Assembly: GCA_046757485.1 (NCBI GenBank)
Contig: JBHHYJ010000004.1
Span: 5,225 to 69,224 of the forward strand
From: Gemmatimonadota bacterium
GTDB taxonomy: Bacteria; Gemmatimonadota; Gemmatimonadetes; Palauibacterales; Palauibacteraceae
Direction of reading: 5' to 3'
DNA length: 64,000 nt
Both the position numbers and the translations under genes were made by a program. The notes below the pieces were generated by a model. It was not told where the DNA came from. It saw only the letters and a list, made by a program, of their open reading frames with translations, and ran no database searches. This document shows, in pieces, positions 1 through 10,254 of this stretch. Each line of letters starts with the position of its first letter. The first letter of the stretch is position 1.

Positions 1-87
1 ATCCACCGCGTTGCCCCCCTCGTCGGCGGCCCGGGCACCGGCGTCGGCGGCGCTCTGAGAGACCGAGGCGATCCCGACTCGAGGCAT
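1..87 (-). CDS. N-terminal fragment (runs off window) of a gamma-glutamyltransferase family protein
   Basis: Manual translation from ATG at 87 gives MPRVGIASVSQSAADAGARAADEGGNAVD; GGNAVD is the GGT N-terminal motif. Confidence 0.7.
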   Translation of the reverse strand, partial: MPRVGIASVSQSAADAGARAADEGGNAVD

Positions 88-98
88 GCTTGCACCCA

Positions 99-128
99 CC
101 CACCGTGGTTCTTCCACAGGCCGTACAG
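99..128 (+). repeat. Dispersed 29-bp repeat family, copy A
   Basis: CCCACCGTGGTTCTTCCACAGGCCGTACAG; 19 bp identical to 22536-22554. Confidence 0.7.
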
Positions 129-262
129 CATAGGAGCCGAGGCGGGCTCCGTCGAGGTGCTCGGGGGCGGCCTTGGGGGCCGCGAGACCCGGGGAGAGCT
201 TCGGGTGGCGCCGGCGAAGCCCCGGCCGGAGTTTGGCGGTCGACCTGCGAACGGAGGCCGGG

Positions 263-1249
263 GTGAGACCTTTCGTGATCGTGAACCCGGCGGCGGGGCG
301 AGGCCGGCCCGTCCCCGGGCTGGAGCGGGGCCTGCGGGATCTGTCGAGGGCCGAGGTGCGGGTGACGGAGAGCCCCGGTGACGCCGCTCGATGGGCCAGG
401 GAGGCGGCTCGCTCGGGATGCGGTCCGCTGCTCCTGGCGGGGGGCGATGGCCTGCTCCACGAGGTGGTGAACGCGCTCGTGCCTCTGTCCGAGCGGCCGC
501 TCCTGGGGCTGATCCCCACCGGTACGGGAAACGATTTCGCCCGCAGCCTGGGCATTCCGCTTCTCCCCGAGCCGGCGCTGGGGCTGCTCGCTGGCGGTCG
601 CACCCGCGCCGTGGACGCCGTCCGGCTGCGGGTCATGGAAGGCGGGCGCGGCCGGCGACCGCCCGCCGAGGGAGGAGCGGCGCCCGCCGAGCAAGAAGCG
701 GTGCCCGCCGAGAAAAGAGCGGCGCCCGGCGGAGAGAAGGAGGTGCGGTACATGGTGAACGTGGCGGTGACCGGGTTCGCGGGACGCGTGGCCCGGCGGA
801 CGACGGGCACGACGAAGCGTCGCTGGGGAGGCTGGGCGTACCGGCGGGCGAGCGCCTCGGAGCTCCTGCGGCTGTCGGCGGATCGGACGGAGCTGGAGGT
901 GGACGGGGAAGCGCTCCGGCTCTCCACGTACGCGGTCGCGGTAGCCAACGGCCGGTACGTGGGCGGCGGAATCCCGCTCCTCTCGGAAGCCCGTCCGGAC
1001 GACGGTTGGTTGGACCTCCTCGTCGTTCCGGCTCTGCCGGCCGCCGCCGTGGCCGCTCTGCTTCCTCGCATCCTGTTCGGCCGGCACGCCGGGAGCCACC
1101 GCCTGATCGTCCGGCGCGCCCGGTGCATCCGGCTCCGCGCCGAGGGTGGCCTGGGGCTCAACGTCGACGGGGAGAACGTGGACGCGGGGGCGGTGGAGTT
1201 CGAGCTGCTCCCGGCCGCGCTTCGCTTTCTCGTACCCCCGGCGGCCTGA
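263..1249 (+). CDS. Diacylglycerol/lipid kinase family protein (YegS/DagK/BmrU)
   Basis: IVNPAAG, GGDG, PTGTGNDFAR, NGRYVGGG and NVDGE motifs; GTG at 263 follows a GGAGG RBS. Confidence 0.9.
   Translation: MRPFVIVNPAAGRGRPVPGLERGLRDLSRAEVRVTESPGDAARWAREAARSGCGPLLLAGGDGLLHEVVNALVPLSERPLLGLIPTGTGNDFARSLGIPLLPEPALGLLAGGRTRAVDAVRLRVMEGGRGRRPPAEGGAAPAEQEAVPAEKRAAPGGEKEVRYMVNVAVTGFAGRVARRTTGTTKRRWGGWAYRRASASELLRLSADRTELEVDGEALRLSTYAVAVANGRYVGGGIPLLSEARPDDGWLDLLVVPALPAAAVAALLPRILFGRHAGSHRLIVRRARCIRLRAEGGLGLNVDGENVDAGAVEFELLPAALRFLVPPAA
661..730 (+). repeat. In-frame 21-bp tandem repeat (about 3.3 units, GCCCGCCGAG-N5-AGCGGY)
   Basis: Units start at 661, 682, 703 and (partial) 724; they encode a PAExxAx loop insertion. 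Confidence 0.75.
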
Positions 1250-1271
1250 ACCGGCAGCCGCGCATGGACGC

Positions 1272-2807
1272 ATGGACCCCGATCTTCTGACCCGGCTCGC
1301 CGCTCGGGCGGCTTCGGTCGCCCACGGGAGCGGACTCTCCGTGGCCGTCCCGTTCACCGGGGAGACGCTCGGCACGGTGCCCCGGGCCGAGGGGCGGGAC
1401 GTGGCGGAAGCCGGCGAGCGAGCTCGGCGGGCCCAGGAGGTGTGGGCGGAGCTCCCGATCGCACATCGGGTACGGCCCCTCCTGCGTTTCCACGATCTCC
1501 TCCTGGCCCGTCAGGAGGAGGTACTGGACCTCATTCAGCTCGAGTCGGGAAAGGCGCGCGGTCACGCGTTCGAGGAGGTGGCGGACGTCGCCCTCGTGTG
1601 TCGCTACTACGCCTACCACGCGGCTCGCCTCCTCCGCGACCGGCGTCGGAAAGGGGCCTTTCCCGGCCTCACTCTCACCCGTGAGACCCGCCGGCCGGTG
1701 GGTGTCGTGGGGATCATCTCGCCGTGGAACTATCCGCTCAGCCTGTCGGTGTCCGACGCCGCGCCGGCCCTGGTGGCCGGGAACGCGGTCCTTCTGAAGC
1801 CGGACACGCAGGGAGTCTTCACGGCCCTGTGGGCGGCTGCCCTGCTGGAGGAGGCAGGGCTTCCCCCGGGGCTCCTCCAGATTCTTCCGGGAGAGGGTCC
1901 CGAGCTCGGTCCCCCGCTGATCGCCGCGGTCGACTTCCTGGCCTTCACCGGCAGCACGGCGACGGGACGCGCGGTCGGTGCCCGAGCCGCCGAACGGCTC
2001 ATCGGATGCTCCCTGGAGCTGGGCGGCAAGAACCCGATGATCGTCTTCGCCGACGCGAGGCTGCAACGGGCGGTGGCGGGAGCGCTGCGGGGCTGCTTCT
2101 CCAGCGCCGGTCAGCTGTGCCTCTCGATCGAGCGCCTGTACGTGCAAGACGCCATCCACGATGCCTTCCTGGAGCGGTTTCTGGACCGGGTGCGGTCCCT
2201 CCGCATGGGTGCGGCGCTGGACTACACGGCCGACGTCGGCTCCCTCGTTTCCGCCGCCCAGCTTCGCAAAGTGGAGGCCCACGTGAGCGACGCGCTGGCG
2301 AAGGGGGCCACCCTGCTGGCCGGTGGGCGGCCACGCCCGGATCTCGGACCGTACTTCTACGAGCCGACCGTCCTCTCCGGCGTGAGCGAGGGAATGCTCG
2401 TCCACTCCGAGGAGACGTTCGGGCCCGTGGTCTCCGTGTATCCGTTCTCCTCCACCGAGGAGGCGGTGGAGCTCGCGAACCGTTCCTCGTACGGGCTGAA
2501 CGCGAGCGTCTGGAGCTCCGACCTGCGCTTCGCGCGCGCGGTCGCGGCCCGCCTCCGGGCCGGCACGGTGAACGTGAACGATGCGTACGCGGCCGCGTGG
2601 GCGTCGGTGGATGCCCCGATGGGCGGCGTCGGTGACTCCGGGGTCGGACGCCGCCACGGGGCGGAGGGGATTCGCAAGTACACCGAGGCCCAGACGATCT
2701 CGGTGCAGCGTCTCGTGACACCGGGGGCGTTGGGGGGCCGGGACCGGTCGGCGACGTGGCTCACGCGGTTGCTGCGCGGGCTCCGGCATCTGCCCGGCCT
2801 TCGCTGA
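1272..2807 (+). CDS. Succinate-semialdehyde dehydrogenase-like aldehyde dehydrogenase (GabD2 type)
   Basis: ISPWNYP, FTGST, LELGGKNP, catalytic GQLC and EETFGP motifs. Confidence 0.88.
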   Translation: MDPDLLTRLAARAASVAHGSGLSVAVPFTGETLGTVPRAEGRDVAEAGERARRAQEVWAELPIAHRVRPLLRFHDLLLARQEEVLDLIQLESGKARGHAFEEVADVALVCRYYAYHAARLLRDRRRKGAFPGLTLTRETRRPVGVVGIISPWNYPLSLSVSDAAPALVAGNAVLLKPDTQGVFTALWAAALLEEAGLPPGLLQILPGEGPELGPPLIAAVDFLAFTGSTATGRAVGARAAERLIGCSLELGGKNPMIVFADARLQRAVAGALRGCFSSAGQLCLSIERLYVQDAIHDAFLERFLDRVRSLRMGAALDYTADVGSLVSAAQLRKVEAHVSDALAKGATLLAGGRPRPDLGPYFYEPTVLSGVSEGMLVHSEETFGPVVSVYPFSSTEEAVELANRSSYGLNASVWSSDLRFARAVAARLRAGTVNVNDAYAAAWASVDAPMGGVGDSGVGRRHGAEGIRKYTEAQTISVQRLVTPGALGGRDRSATWLTRLLRGLRHLPGLR

Positions 2808-2947
2808 TCCGTCGCGGAGCGCTCGGGGTCACCCGGCGGCCCGGAGCGCGTGCCCGCGGGGCGGAAGCCCTCCCTGGCAGGTCGCCGAGAGGGCCCGGCA
2901 GGGGTTATCTTTTGCGTTCCGGTTGGCCAGCGCGAAGGAGTGGCGAG

Positions 2948-4759
2948 GTGCGCGGATGGGGCTACAGCGAGGCGGCCGGGACGGATCATCTGGCATCCTT
3001 CCTGATCGGCTTCCTGGCGTTCCTGCTCCTCGGAGGCGGTCCGGGGGGACACCTCGGCCCCTCCTCCGACGTGGCCGTCGTGCAGGGAAAAGGGGCGCTT
3101 CGGGGCGAGGCGGGGGAGCCGTCCGGGCTGCTCGCCGAGCTGCGCGCCGCCCAGCGTCGCTTCGAGCGGATCCGACGCCAGCACCTGCGGCGCGTGCCGT
3201 ACGTCTCCGGGCCGTGTGACGAGATCATCGGGCGCTTCTGCCTCTGGAACGACGAGGAGGACTGGGAGCCTCCCCCCGAGAGCCCGGCGGTGACGAAGGC
3301 GCGGCGGGAGCTTCTCGTGCGCCTGCGGACGGCCCAGCGGGAGCTGCCTGGGAACGGGTGGATCACGGGCCAGCGCGTCCGCTATCTGGTCGAGGCAGGC
3401 GACACGGCGGGCGCCGCCGCCGCCGCCGGAGCCTGCCGCTCGGATGAGCCGGGGTGGTGTGCCGCGCTCTCGGGGTTTGCCTACCACGCCGCCGGCGACT
3501 TCGTCCGGGCGGATTCGGCGTTCCGGACGGCGCTCGCAGGAATGGGCCCGGAGGAGCGCTGCGCCTGGGCCGATCTGCGACGACTCCTGCAGGGGAGGGC
3601 CCGGAGGGCGTACGTAAAGCCCCCGTGCGGCGAGCGGACGGAGTTCGAGGCTCGCTTCTGGTGGCTCGCGGATCCGCTCTACCTCGTGCCGGGGAACGAA
3701 CGGCGCACGGAGCACTACGCCCGCCACGTCATGGATCGTCTCCAGGAGGACGCGGCGTCCGGGTTCGGGCTCCCCTGGGCGGACGATCTGCGCGAGATCC
3801 TCATCCGGTACGGCTGGCCGGCCGGATGGGAGGCGACGCTCGGACGCCCCGGGCTGATTCGCGGAGAGCCGCACCTCGTGGCGCACGATCCCCCGGGGAC
3901 CCGGCAGTTTTTGCCGATCGACCGGTGGCTGGTCCGGCGAGGCGGCGTGGAGGAGATTCCGGCAGAGATGTGGAACCTCGATCCGCGCCGGGCGCACAGC
4001 CACTACGCGCACCCGCTGGCCCGCGAGTTCGGTCGGCTGGAGCATCAGGTGGCGCGGTTTCGCCGGGGCGATACGGCGGTCGTCATGGTCGCCATGGTCG
4101 CCTCCCCGGACACGCCGCCCGGGTGCGAGGTGGCGGAGCGGGCCCTCGTGCTCTCGGCAGGTCCCGGCGGGCCCACGGTGGTGAGCCGCGAGTCCGGCCC
4201 CGGCGACCGGGGAGCTCTGACGGCGGCGTTTCCGGCCCCGGGCGATGGTGTCCTCCTCGGAGCGGAGATGCTGTGCCGATCGGCGGGGCGAGCCGCCCGC
4301 GTGCGGTATGGCCTGGAGCTCCGCCGGCTGTTTCGGAGCCCGGCGGTCTCGGATCTGCTCCTCGGACGGACGACCGCCGGGGAGCCGCCGACGCTGCAGG
4401 CGGCCTCCACGGGGGCCCGGGCCCGTCTCCATCTGCGGCCCGGCGAGCGGGTGCCGGTATACTGGGAGGCGTACGGGGTGGATCCCGGGGTGTCGGCCAC
4501 GGTTTCCCTGGGCCTCACGCGGGCCCCGAGGAGCGCGCTTCGGAAGGCGGCGGAGCGGCTGCGAATCGCCCGCCGGCATCCCTCGGTGAGCCTCGTGTGG
4601 AGGGAGGCATCCCCGGAGTCGGGCCCCTGGCGCCGCTCCGTGGCATTCAATGTGCCGGAGGATCTGTCGAGAGGCGTCTATAGGCTGGAAGTGGTGATCA
4701 GCCTGCCCGGGACGCTGCCGCTGCGCACATCGCGGGTCGTGGAGGTAGGGGGGCGGTGA
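2948..4759 (+). CDS. Secreted/membrane hypothetical protein with a GWxTD-like domain
   Basis: Hydrophobic N-terminus; FWWLADP...NERRTEHYAR...IRYGWP resembles the GWxTD core; beta-rich C-terminus; stop overlaps the next start; start uncertain. Confidence 0.6.
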   Translation: MRGWGYSEAAGTDHLASFLIGFLAFLLLGGGPGGHLGPSSDVAVVQGKGALRGEAGEPSGLLAELRAAQRRFERIRRQHLRRVPYVSGPCDEIIGRFCLWNDEEDWEPPPESPAVTKARRELLVRLRTAQRELPGNGWITGQRVRYLVEAGDTAGAAAAAGACRSDEPGWCAALSGFAYHAAGDFVRADSAFRTALAGMGPEERCAWADLRRLLQGRARRAYVKPPCGERTEFEARFWWLADPLYLVPGNERRTEHYARHVMDRLQEDAASGFGLPWADDLREILIRYGWPAGWEATLGRPGLIRGEPHLVAHDPPGTRQFLPIDRWLVRRGGVEEIPAEMWNLDPRRAHSHYAHPLAREFGRLEHQVARFRRGDTAVVMVAMVASPDTPPGCEVAERALVLSAGPGGPTVVSRESGPGDRGALTAAFPAPGDGVLLGAEMLCRSAGRAARVRYGLELRRLFRSPAVSDLLLGRTTAGEPPTLQAASTGARARLHLRPGERVPVYWEAYGVDPGVSATVSLGLTRAPRSALRKAAERLRIARRHPSVSLVWREASPESGPWRRSVAFNVPEDLSRGVYRLEVVISLPGTLPLRTSRVVEVGGR

Positions 4760-7404
4760 AGAGCGTACGGATCACATTCTTATGGGTTCTAGGGGCGGTG
4801 CTCGTCGGCGTCGGGTTGGCGCTGGCCGTGGCGTTCGTGCCGGAGCTGGCCCGCGTGCGGGAGTGGCTGCTGGAGGTGGGACGCGCCCAGTTGACGGTGG
4901 CCGGCGGCGTCGTGGCCGTGGGCGTGCTGGGGCTCGCGCTCCACCGTCTCCGCGAGACCCGGATCCTGGCCCAGCAGCGGGCCCTGGCCGAGCAGGCCCT
5001 TCGACCGCCCGCCGAGGTCGTCGAGGCGACCCGAGATGGCGTGGCGATGGTCGGGCGCTCCGACACGTTCGTGTACGTCAACCTGGCCCTTGCCAGGCTC
5101 TTCGGCTACACGAGCCCGCGGGAGCTGTTCGGGCGGGCATGGCGCACGCTGTTCGCCGCCGAGCAGGTGGGCGCGTTCGATCGGGAGATTCTGCCGGCCT
5201 TTCGGCGCAGCGGACGCTGGGTCGGGGAGGTCGAGGGGAGACGCCGGGATGGGGGCACGGTGGCCCTGGACCTGTCCCTCAGCCCGATGGTGGGCGGGGG
5301 GGTGACCTGGGTCGTACGGGAGGCGTCCTGGCGGCGGGCCGCGGAGGAGAAGCGGCTTCAGGAGGAGGCCCGGTTCCGCAACCTGTTCCAGGCGGCGGGG
5401 AGCGCCATCGTCCTCCTCTCTCCGGCCGGGGAGATCCTGGAGTGGAATCGGGAGGCGGCCAGGCTACACGGCGCGTCGCGCGACGAAGTGTTGGGGCGGG
5501 ACTTCCTGGAGATCTGCGTTCCGGAATCGCTTCGGCCCCGGGTGGCCTCGGAGCTGGAGGCGGTCCGCACGGGGCAGGGGACCCTCACTTTTCATGGCCC
5601 GACCGGAGAGAAGGAAGAACCGCGCATCCTGCTCTGGAACCTCACCTCCCTGGACGGAGGGCACCGCGCCGAGGGGGAGCTGGTCGCCGTGGGGCAGGAC
5701 ATCACGGAGCACCGGCGCGCCGAGGTCGCGCTCGAGGAGCAGGAGAACCTGTACCGGCTGCTGGCCCACAACAGCAGCGATCTCGTCGCCCTGCACTCAC
5801 CGGACGGGCGCTTCGAGTACGTGAGCCCTTCCTGCGAGCCCCTCCTGGGATGCTCGCCGGAGGAGCTGTTGGGGAAGGATCTCTTCCAGGTGAGTCACTC
5901 CGACGACTGGAAGGGGGTGCAGACGGCGCTCGTGGCTACCGGGGCCGGCCGGCCCAGTCGGCTGTCGTACCGCCTGCGAGGGAGCACCGGGGAGTACGTG
6001 TGGATGGAGACCCTCCTGCGCCCCATCCGCGACGACCGCGGGGAGATCACCCAGCTTCTCAGCTCCTCCCGCGACATCAGCGAGCGAAAGACGTTCGAAG
6101 AGCAGCTGCGATTCCAGGCTCTGCACGAACCGCTGACCGGCCTGCCGAACCGCACGTTGTTCCTGGATCGGCTGAATCAGGCCCTGGCGCGCTCCCGGCG
6201 CCAGGGCAACTCCGTGGCCGTCATGTTCATGGACCTGGACCGCTTCAAGGTGATCAACGACAGCCTGGGTCACGCTGCGGGCGACCGGCTGCTGGCGGCG
6301 GTGGCGCGCCGAATCCAGGCGGTGGTCCGGGAGGCCGACACGGTGGCCCGCCTCGGGGGAGACGAGTTCGGCATCCTGCTGGAGTTCAACATCGCCCAGC
6401 GGGACGTGGGAAAGGTGGCCGAGAGGGTTCTGGAGCAGCTCCGGCCCCCGTTCACCTTTGCGGGGACCGATGTGTTCGTCAACGGCTCCGTCGGGATCGC
6501 GTTCAGCACTCCGGAGACGGAGAGCGCCGAGGACCTGCTGCGGTACGCGGACGTGGCGATGTACCGGGCGAAGGAGGCGGGCTCGGGGAACTACCGGATC
6601 TACGACCCGGACGTGGATTCGCAGGCGACCCGGCGGCTGGAGATGGAGACCGCCCTGCGGCGCGCCCTCGAGCGGGAGCAGCTCTTCCTTCTCTACCAGC
6701 CGATCGTGGAGCTGGCCAGCGGTCGGGTCTCCGGCGTAGAGGCGCTGATCCGCTGGCGCCATCCGGAGTGGGGCCTGGTCGGGCCGGACGAGTTCATCCC
6801 GCTGGCGGAGGAGACGGGGCTCATCATCCCGATCGGAAACTGGGTGCTGGAGCGCGCCTGCCGCGAGGTCCGGCAGCTGGAACGCGATCTGGCGGGCCTC
6901 GTGCCAACTCTCTCGGTGAGCGTGAACCTCTCGGTGCGTCAGTTCGAGACCTCCGAGCTCGACGAGGTGCTCGCCCGAGTCCTCGCTGCCCACGAGGCCG
7001 AGCCTGAGCTCCTGCATCTCGAGATCACGGAGACGGAGTTGATCCAGAACACGGGCCGCATCCGGCAGCTCAAGGAACAGGGCGTACGCGTCTCGGTGGA
7101 TGACTTCGGAACCGGCTACTCCTCGCTCGCCTACCTGAAGGACCTCCCCGTGGATGAGCTGAAGGTGGACCGCTCTTTCGTGAACGGACTGGCGGAGAAC
7201 CCTCACGACGCGGCGATCGTGGAGACGGTCGTGACGCTGGCCAAAGCCCTGGGCCTGGATGTGACGGCGGAAGGGGTCGAGACGGCGGACCAGCTCGCCC
7301 GCCTCCGGGCGCTGGGCTGCCGGAGGGGCCAGGGTTTCCACTTCGCGCGACCCTCGTCGCTGGAGGAGCTACGAGCTCTGCTGGAGAAGGAGCCCGTCTG
7401 GTAG
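4756..7404 (+). CDS. Membrane-anchored 3xPAS-GGDEF-EAL diguanylate cyclase/phosphodiesterase
   Basis: Two TM helices, PAS/PAC repeats, LTGLPNR, RxxD I-site plus RLGGDEF, VEALIRW and DDFGTGYSS. Confidence 0.95.
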   Translation: MKSVRITFLWVLGAVLVGVGLALAVAFVPELARVREWLLEVGRAQLTVAGGVVAVGVLGLALHRLRETRILAQQRALAEQALRPPAEVVEATRDGVAMVGRSDTFVYVNLALARLFGYTSPRELFGRAWRTLFAAEQVGAFDREILPAFRRSGRWVGEVEGRRRDGGTVALDLSLSPMVGGGVTWVVREASWRRAAEEKRLQEEARFRNLFQAAGSAIVLLSPAGEILEWNREAARLHGASRDEVLGRDFLEICVPESLRPRVASELEAVRTGQGTLTFHGPTGEKEEPRILLWNLTSLDGGHRAEGELVAVGQDITEHRRAEVALEEQENLYRLLAHNSSDLVALHSPDGRFEYVSPSCEPLLGCSPEELLGKDLFQVSHSDDWKGVQTALVATGAGRPSRLSYRLRGSTGEYVWMETLLRPIRDDRGEITQLLSSSRDISERKTFEEQLRFQALHEPLTGLPNRTLFLDRLNQALARSRRQGNSVAVMFMDLDRFKVINDSLGHAAGDRLLAAVARRIQAVVREADTVARLGGDEFGILLEFNIAQRDVGKVAERVLEQLRPPFTFAGTDVFVNGSVGIAFSTPETESAEDLLRYADVAMYRAKEAGSGNYRIYDPDVDSQATRRLEMETALRRALEREQLFLLYQPIVELASGRVSGVEALIRWRHPEWGLVGPDEFIPLAEETGLIIPIGNWVLERACREVRQLERDLAGLVPTLSVSVNLSVRQFETSELDEVLARVLAAHEAEPELLHLEITETELIQNTGRIRQLKEQGVRVSVDDFGTGYSSLAYLKDLPVDELKVDRSFVNGLAENPHDAAIVETVVTLAKALGLDVTAEGVETADQLARLRALGCRRGQGFHFARPSSLEELRALLEKEPVW

Positions 7405-7543
7405 GGCCGGCTGTCGTTCGGCCCGCCGCCCGCCTTCCGTCGGAGCCTCGCCCCGACCCCTCGAGGCCGCGCGGGTGTGCAAACGCCGGCTCGCCGCTCG
7501 TCCTTCGGGGCAGAGGGAGGCCGGCGGCCGAGGGAGTCAGCTC

Positions 7544-8059
7544 TTGAGCGTGGATTGGGGAGAGGTGTACCGGGCCACCTGGGAAGATCTCGTCCGCTTC
7601 CTGCACTACAGGGTGTGGGATGAGGAGAGGGCGCGGGACCTGGCCCAGGAGGCGTTCGTCCGGGCGCTTGCCCACCAGCCGGAGGATCCCCGGGCGTGGC
7701 TCTTCTCGGTGGCCGTGAATCTGGCGCGGGATGAGGCACGTGCGGCCGTCCGACGACGACGCCACCTCACGTTGCTGCGGGCCGAGGCGCGCTCCCGAGC
7801 TCCGGAAGAGCCGGAGGGACCGGAGCGCCTGGAGCGGGCGGAGCGGGAGGAGCGCGTGCGGTCCGCTCTGGAGACGCTCGGGGATCGAGATCGGGAGGTA
7901 CTGCTCCTGTGGGACGCCGGTCTGAGCTACCGGGAGATCGCCCGGCAGACAGGGCTGGCGGTGGGGGCGATCGGGACGACGCTGGCGCGGGCCAGGAGGC
8001 GGCTGGTGGAGGCGTACGAGTCGGCGGAGGATGAGCGGGACCATGTCGCACGTCAGTGA
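7544..8059 (+). CDS. ECF RNA polymerase sigma-70 factor
   Basis: DLAQEAF and WLFSVAVN (region 2); GLSYREIA...TTLARARRRL (region 4); start is TTG 7544 or GTG 7550. Confidence 0.92.
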   Translation: MSVDWGEVYRATWEDLVRFLHYRVWDEERARDLAQEAFVRALAHQPEDPRAWLFSVAVNLARDEARAAVRRRRHLTLLRAEARSRAPEEPEGPERLERAEREERVRSALETLGDRDREVLLLWDAGLSYREIARQTGLAVGAIGTTLARARRRLVEAYESAEDERDHVARQ

Positions 8060-9254
8060 AGGGAAGCTGCACGCGTACCTGGACGGTGCGCTGGGCCACG
8101 AGGCGCCGTCGGAGGCGGGTCGGCTGGAGGCTCATCTCCGCGAGTGCGCCGACTGCCGGGTGCGTTTGGAGCGCGCGGCACGGCTCCGAGAACAGGCGGA
8201 GAGCATCCTGGCCACGGGGGCCGCCCGCGGCGTGGCACGGCCGCCGTTCGAGGAGATCCTTCACCGTGCGGCGGCGGCGGCGGAGGGCCCGGCGACCGGG
8301 GGTGCGGGCTCGGCGAGCGCCGGCGGCCCCCGACCGGCCCCGGGCGGGGCGCGCGTCCGCCGGCCGATCGAGCGGGTCCGATCCCTTGCCTGGGCGGCCA
8401 GCGTGCTCCTCGCCGTGGGTGTCGGCTGGGCCGCCCGGGCGTACTGGAGCGGCGGACCGGAGAGAGGACAGGTCGCCCTCCTCCAGAGCAGGGAGGATGC
8501 GGAGGAGGCGGCGGATCGGCTGCCGGGGAAGGGTCGGGAGCTCGATCGCCTCGCGTCTCGACCGGCGTCTCAAGAGGCCGTCGAGAGGAAGGAGCAGGCC
8601 GCCGGCCGGCAACTCCCGGATCGGGCGGTCGGCGCGGACCGGCCGGTCGGCGCACAGCAGCGGGCGGGGGAGGCCGCGGCCAGCGAACGGGTGGCGGCCG
8701 AGGAGCCGGCGGAGGTAGCCGGTCGGATCGCGAAGGCGGCCAAGCCCGCCACGGAGTCGGAGCGGGACGCGGCTGCCGGCGGCGCGCGGGCCAAGAACGC
8801 GGAGCAGGCCAGGCGGGCGGCCGCGGGCCCGGTTCCGACGCGGGTCCTGGAAGCACGTCTCGAGGACGTCCGGGTGAGCGGCGGGGACGGAGCGCGACCC
8901 GAGAGCGACGTGTGGGTACCGACGGAGCCGACCACGGCCGGGGCATGGATCGGTGGGGAAGCGCTGCGGGTGGCGGAGCTTCGTCTGCTGGACGTCTCCG
9001 TCTCGACCCGGGGAGGTGTGCGCGTCCTCCGCACCCGCCAGCTGCTCCCGTCCGGCCGGATCCTGGAGCTGTACCAGGAGGCGGATGCGGCGCGTCGGGG
9101 GAACGAGGAGGCTCGCGGGGACGCGGCGGCCACCGAGCCGCCACTCGACGAGGAACCGTCCGTGCTGGAGGGGCGGGTGGGTGGCTACCGGGTCCGGCTC
9201 GTGGCCCCGGTGGCGCTGGATTCGCTCCGCGTCCTACTATCCCTGGTGCGCTGA
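8043..9254 (+). CDS. Zinc-binding (zf-HC2, ZAS) anti-sigma factor with TM helix and extracytoplasmic domain
   Basis: H..EGKLHAYLDG...HLRECADC motif; TM segment WAASVLLAVGVGW; overlaps the ECF gene. Confidence 0.85.
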   Translation: MSHVSEGKLHAYLDGALGHEAPSEAGRLEAHLRECADCRVRLERAARLREQAESILATGAARGVARPPFEEILHRAAAAAEGPATGGAGSASAGGPRPAPGGARVRRPIERVRSLAWAASVLLAVGVGWAARAYWSGGPERGQVALLQSREDAEEAADRLPGKGRELDRLASRPASQEAVERKEQAAGRQLPDRAVGADRPVGAQQRAGEAAASERVAAEEPAEVAGRIAKAAKPATESERDAAAGGARAKNAEQARRAAAGPVPTRVLEARLEDVRVSGGDGARPESDVWVPTEPTTAGAWIGGEALRVAELRLLDVSVSTRGGVRVLRTRQLLPSGRILELYQEADAARRGNEEARGDAAATEPPLDEEPSVLEGRVGGYRVRLVAPVALDSLRVLLSLVR

Positions 9255-9319
9255 TGCGGCTCCCCCGTCCTCGACGGAACGGGGGGCCCGCCTTCTGAAC
9301 CCGATCGAGTCGTGGGCCG

Positions 9320-10171
9320 ATGCGTGAAAGCGAGCGGACGGGGACGCCGGACCGGCAGCGCCGTGGCCGTAGCGGGATCCTGCTCCTCGCCGGTCTCCTG
9401 CTGGCCGGCTGCGGACCCCCGGGCGGGGACGCGGAGGAGCGCGGCGACGAGGGTGGACAGGCGGGCCGCTCCTCCGGGGCGGCGCTGGCCGACTCGATTC
9501 TTGCCACCTGGGTGCAAGCGGCCGGCGGCATGGAAGCGTGGGAATCGATCCACACCGCCCGCTACACGGTGACCACCGTCTGGTACGACTCCACGGGGGA
9601 GATCCGCCGCATGCGGCCGCGTCGCGTCGAGCTGCGGAAGACCGCGGCCGGGGAGGAGGCCCGGGTGGAGCGTCCCGAGGCGGAAGGCCTGTACGTCCAG
9701 GTGTTCACGCCGGACACGTCCTGGGCGGCGCTCAACGGACGCGCCCTGGCGCCGGAGGAGCCGGCCGCGGCGGAGGCGGAGTACGTGGGCCGGGACGTCT
9801 TCTACTGGTTCGGTCTCCCGTTCAAGCTTCGAGATCCGGGAGTCCATCACGTCGCGCGTTCCCTCCCGGGCGGAGGCTACGAGGTAGCCGTGAGCTTCGG
9901 GGAAAGCATCGGAGCCCACCCGGGTGACCGTTACTTCTACTACTTCCTGGACGAGGATCCGTACCCGGAGGAGGTCCACTACATCGAGCAGGGCAAGGAG
10001 AGCCGAGACCGGACGCTGTGGACGCGCATCGGGAGCGCGGGATCGTTCGCCTACGTGATCACCCGGCGGTATGTGAACGACGCGGAGCTGCCGACCAAAG
10101 AGCTGCGCATCGACGACGTGTGGATCAACCCGGAGCTCCCGGACTCCCTCTTCCGCCCGCCCGGCACGTAG
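9320..10171 (+). CDS. Hypothetical lipoprotein (LolA-like/DUF6503-like)
   Basis: Lipobox LLAGC; AAGGMEAW, YWFGLPFKLRDPG and C-terminal INPELPDSLF. Confidence 0.6.
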   Translation: MRESERTGTPDRQRRGRSGILLLAGLLLAGCGPPGGDAEERGDEGGQAGRSSGAALADSILATWVQAAGGMEAWESIHTARYTVTTVWYDSTGEIRRMRPRRVELRKTAAGEEARVERPEAEGLYVQVFTPDTSWAALNGRALAPEEPAAAEAEYVGRDVFYWFGLPFKLRDPGVHHVARSLPGGGYEVAVSFGESIGAHPGDRYFYYFLDEDPYPEEVHYIEQGKESRDRTLWTRIGSAGSFAYVITRRYVNDAELPTKELRIDDVWINPELPDSLFRPPGT

Positions 10172-10254
10172 CCCGCGTGGCCGCTTCGGCGGCCCGTCGC
10201 GGGCCGCGCCGCCACGTTGCTCATCCGGGTGACCAGCCCTAGGTTAGCGCCCCC

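Noticed and set aside
7478-7502. Possible autoregulatory ECF promoter (GCAAAC...CGTC) before the first ECF gene
   Set aside because: The spacer is only 14 bp, which is too weak to call without comparative data
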